Shown piece by piece: positions 60,010 through 64,000 of a stretch of 64,000 nt of DNA (position 1 is the first letter of the stretch; the number at the start of each line of letters is the position of its first letter). The DNA lies in contig CATNEN010000001.1 in the NCBI GenBank assembly GCA_950097015.1, positions 22,382,001 through 22,446,000 of the forward strand, written 5' to 3'. Source of the DNA: Macrostomum hystrix (taxonomy: Eukaryota; Animalia; Platyhelminthes). Made by a program: the position numbers and the translations under genes. The notes beneath the pieces are model-generated. The model worked only from the letters and a program-made list of their open reading frames with translations. It did no database searches and was not told where the DNA came from.

Positions 60010-63000
60010 ATGGGACAACACACGAGATTCCATCTGCTCTGTTTGATTCTCTGCCTTGGCAGTCGGATTTTCATTGCCGAATCTCTGACTCGAACCCAGA
60101 CTGTCACAGTGATGAAACCTGGCGGCAGCAACGAAGCGAACGTATCGCGCTGGGTCACGGACACCGGCGCCTTGTCCGAGACCGAATCCAACAACTTTGC
60201 CTACATTGTGGCCCTAGTGCCCGAGGACACCGGCGTGCTGACTGAGAAGCTGCAACTCGCTCTGAGGTCGGCCGTCGGGCTGGCTGGCGGAGTCCGCCTG
60301 CGGCTTGTGCTGGCAGCAACTGAGGTGAGCGGCTCTGCTTCAAGGTGACAGGTCAAATCTATAGAAGTAGAGAAAATTGGGTCATATGTGCAGCAAGTGT
60401 GCAGCTGCTATTACGCTTCTTAAGGCTACATGTACGAAAAGCTGTTCAGTCCATGGACTGGAGGGCCACGATGCCCACCAAAATTTCTAACTGCAGCTAG
60501 CTAATAGTTAATTAGAATTTGTAGGAGGGCTGTGGGCAATAACACATCATTTGGTGACTGCTCGTTCCGCTGACTCCTGAGCACACACGCACATTGATAC
60601 TGTGCATAGGCACTCACTTACACTCATTGTGCTTGGAGGTCGGCCGCCCCCAAGCCTTCTCTCCGCGGCTGTGCCCCAAATAAAATTGGCCTCGCCGCGG
60701 AATCGAGCTCAGGGACCTTGGTGCGAGAGAGGCAAACGCGTTGAATGCTCTGCCACTCAACCCTACGTAGTAGACAACTCTGGTACCAATTTTTAAAGCT
60801 GGTTAAAGCCAGCTTCTTAAAGACACCCATTGTTCCCCAATCGGCTGAAATTCGATCTCCCGACCTCTAGGTTAGAAGTCTGAGGCTCTGATGACTTGGC
60901 TACATGCTAGATACATAGTTTAACGCACAATGTTCTTATAAAATTTGCCACATTCGTTGAATTCGTCGAGCTGAACGAAAATCAAAGCTGGGCTAGTTAG
61001 CATTCCGAGCGAGTCACCGCAGCAGACGTCTCAACTGTACGCTGCTCTCCAAAGTGCGCATGTACGAGCGTAACTGCATGCGTTGACTGCTGTTTCTCGG
61101 TCACGAAATGTTAATTAAACTCGAATTTAAAAGATCTGCTTTTTACATTAGATTTTCCAAATATGGAGTGCATAGTTTGTTTAAACCATATTATTAGAAT
61201 TTTAATGTCAGTAAAGAGACAGGGCCCAGAAGGCTGTCGCGGATGAGAACCTCGGTGAGGAGGAATGTCTGTCTTATGTGGCTCTTATCTCGGGAAATTG
61301 GCACAAAAGCCTGCCTTCAGCTCCCAGACTCAGATAACCAATAACAAGCTGCTATTCGTCTTTTATGGCCCACATTTATTTGCTATCTTCCGCGGGGCTG
61401 GCTAAATCGACGACTCTATCAAGTCCAAGGTACGGACAGACATTGTGAGCTAAGGTTCGAATATGACCAGCGGTCTAGACCAAAGACTAATCCTATACCT
61501 GACACATTTTCACATGAGAACTGCTGAGCAAATGCATGAAATCCCACAAGACATCTGTGGCTGCTGTGCCAGCATAGATAGCTGAGCTGCATGGCCCATC
61601 TTCAAATACCTCCCTCCACCTGAAAAAATTATTATCCCTCGACTGGAGGGCTTCCACTCGGTTTAGAATTAAGTTCATTTCTTTAAAAATTGAAAAGCCT
61701 GATTTCTTTGTTAAAATCAAATCAGCGTCAGTGCACTTTAAAGCAGAAAAAAATGACGCACCTGAAACTTCAACTGTCAGTGCGAGGCGGGGCAAGCTAC
61801 ACGCTACCTGTTCAACCTGCTGCACCGGTTGCCCACGGCCATCGCCTTGCTGGGCTGCGGCTGTCCCGGGCTGACCGGGCCCATGTCTCAGGTGTCATAC
61901 TTCTGGAATATCACCATGGTGAGGCATGGAGCAGAGTGTCAGTGTGAGGCTGGGACGTGCTCAGGGCACGTCAGTGTCAGTGTGAGGCTGGGACGGACAT
62001 GGAGCAGAGTGTCAGTGTGAGGCTGTGACGGACATGAAGCAGAGTGACAGTGTGAGGCTGGGACAGGCATGGAGCAGAGTGTCAGTGTGAGTCTGGGACA
62101 GGCATGGAGCAGAGTGTCAGTGTGAGGCTGGGACAGGCATGGAGCAGAGTGTCATTGTGAGGCTGGGACGGACATGGAGCAGAGTGTCAGCGTGAGGCTG
62201 GGACAGGCATGGAGCAGAGTGTCAGTGTGAGGCTGGGACAGGCATGGAGCAGAGTGTCAGTGTGAGTCTGGGACAGGCATGGAGCAGAGTGTCAGTGTGA
62301 GGCTGGGACAGGCATGGAGCAGAGTGTCAGTGTGAGTCTGGGACAGGCATGGAGCAGAGTGTCAGTGTGAGTCTGGGACAGGCATGGAGCAGAGTGTCAG
62401 TGTGAGGCTGGGACAGGCATGGAGCAGAGTGTCAGTGTGAGTCTGGGACAGGCATGGAGCAGAGTGTCAGTGTGAGTCTGGGACAGGCATGGAGCAGAGT
62501 GTCAGTGTTGAACTAACTCAAGCGTCGCAACTCAAAGGTATCCTACGAGGACACGTCACCGGAGCTGGGCAATAGCCGTCGCTACAGAAACCTGGTTCGT
62601 CTGGCACCGAGCGAAGCTGACGCGAACCTGGCGAGGCTGCAGCTGCTGAGGCAGTTTAGCTGGACCAAGACAGGCTCGCTGTACTACCAGGAATCCGACG
62701 GGCACGGCAGCGTGGCTGCGAAAATGGCGGCTGTGCGTTATAAGATTGTTTTGTGCTTGAAATTTATCTTAGAAGATAACGAGAGAACTTTTTCATAATC
62801 TACCACGGCTGTTGACCAATTTGGCCAGGCCAGCGCTAACCTCAGCGATCTTCTGGAGTCGCAAGGATTCAACATGAATGACATTTTGTCGGCCAGGTTC
62901 ACATCTATGGAGACTGCTATGGAGGCCCTGAGCACGTTCAAGGCGAGTTGCTGACATGTGCGATGCTAAAGATCGCTTCTATAAACATAATAATTGCAGG

Positions 63001-63439
63001 AGGTCTGCGGGAAATGAAACATCATTTGGTGACACTAGACCCGCAGCCAGCGAGGAGTCCTGAACACACATGCACACAGATACCGTACGCAGGCACACAG
63101 TAATACACAGGTGTGTACACTGCCTGACTCACTCATCGTCAGGCAGTGTACAAACTGACTGTGCCTTGTACGAGGTTGGCTAGCCCTCGTAGGTTGGCCC
63201 TCAAGAGTGTAAATGGCACGACAAGCCCCAAAATATATGTGGCCTCGCCGCAGAATCGAGCCCGGGACCTTGGTGCCATAGGAGAATGCGTTAAACCGCT
63301 TTGCCACTCACCCCCTCACGATAGAAGAGATGGCTTCTAATATTCGTCCGATTTTCTGAAATTCTTCCAGAACAAACAGTACCGGATCATCTCCGCGTTT
63401 GTGTGCGATATGACTCATCTTGCTGTGCTATTCTGCGCT
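60010..63439 (+). CDS. GABA-B-receptor-like class C GPCR / ANF-receptor (Venus flytrap) domain protein, 5' part; exons 60010-60324, 61781-61918, 62538-62732, 62829-62942, 63371-63439, continuing beyond the window
   Basis: Signal peptide; E|CEAGQATRYLFNLL..LLGCGC..VSYFWNITM|VSYEDTSPELGNSRRYRNLVRLAPS..NLARLQLLRQFSW..|NKQYRIISAF..VLFCA parallels GABA-B1 (CDPGQATKYLYELL, WNLIVLSY..SPALSNRQRF, ARIIVG, VFC). All introns phase 0. Confidence 0.82.
60441..60905 (-). mobile_element. SINE family 2 copy interrupted by a SINE family 1 copy (60520-60765)
   Basis: Family 2 3' motif at 60441-60500 and head at 60830-60905 flank a family 1 copy. Confidence 0.7.
61919..62507. repeat. 34-bp minisatellite (GGCATGGAGCAGAGTGTCAGTGTGAGGCTGGGACA)-like filling intron 2 of the GABA-B-like gene
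   Basis: Tandem array beginning at the splice donor. Confidence 0.93.
62990..63320 (-). mobile_element. SINE family 1 near full-length copy in intron 4 of the GABA-B-like gene
   Basis: Reverse complement of 9890-10250. Confidence 0.85.
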
Positions 63440-64000
63440 GTAAGTGAGCCGACAACAGTCGCTTGTTACAAGCATAGACAGACCGACAAAGGAATACTGC
63501 AGACTAAAATTAAAAAAGGCTACAATAGGTTCATGGGAATACTAAGAAGAATACAATTCTACAGACATTTATTGAGCTTTGTGAGATAATATTTTTTAAA
63601 AGATTTTCTAAGAAACCATTTCTTTGTAGAGGCAGTCCTTCCAGGTCAATGCTGTTCCTTGGGGAAGGGGTTTCACAAACTCAAAATTTCACAACGTCGA
63701 AAGCACCTGTCTTCACAAGGCGGAAACTTCAAAGGTCGCAATTTCACAATTAAAAAACATTTTATGGTTTCCATTTCCAGCATGGGGCGATGGTTGTCAC
63801 AAAAGCTTTGAGTTGTGCTTCAATTTAGTAATATATAGATTTGGGAATGCATGCTTAATAAATTAATACAGATTGTCATAAGGAGGTACAAATATTTGCT
63901 TTAAGACGTCATTTGCTATGAAGTTTTCGACGTTCTGAAATTTCGACCTCGCGAAGTTTTAATCTCGTGAAATTTCGACTTCGCAAAGTATTGATCTCGT

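Overview
Eukaryotic (animal) genomic DNA with GC-rich exons, AT-rich spacers, spliceosomal introns often filled by private minisatellites, and tRNA-derived SINEs. This looks most like a free-living flatworm such as Macrostomum, which is an inference from style only. Plus-strand run of ten co-oriented genes (3.8-29.6 kb): TBCK, COA1, a divergent COA1-like paralogue, three near-identical 15-PGDH-like SDRs, an ABCH/ABCG23-like half transporter, and three copies of an unrecognised family. Minus-strand run (47.0-32.6 kb): another family copy, an MTMR1/2-type myotubularin, WDR83/MORG1 and a further family copy. Then RASL10 and the 5' part of a GABA-B-receptor-like gene. Main observations: (1) WDR83 has no usable genomic start codon; its reading frame begins in phase 0 right after a splice acceptor, as expected if the AUG-terminated flatworm spliced leader supplies the initiator Met within an operon. 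(2) A five-member intronless family (Cys/His finger, coiled coil, propeller-like C-terminus) shows birth-and-death evolution and a sharp gene-conversion tract. (3) The SDR triplet is homogenised except in substrate-binding segments. (4) Most long introns and several 3' flanks carry their own unrelated minisatellite. LINE, Gypsy, hAT-MITE and palindromic MITE remnants are also present.
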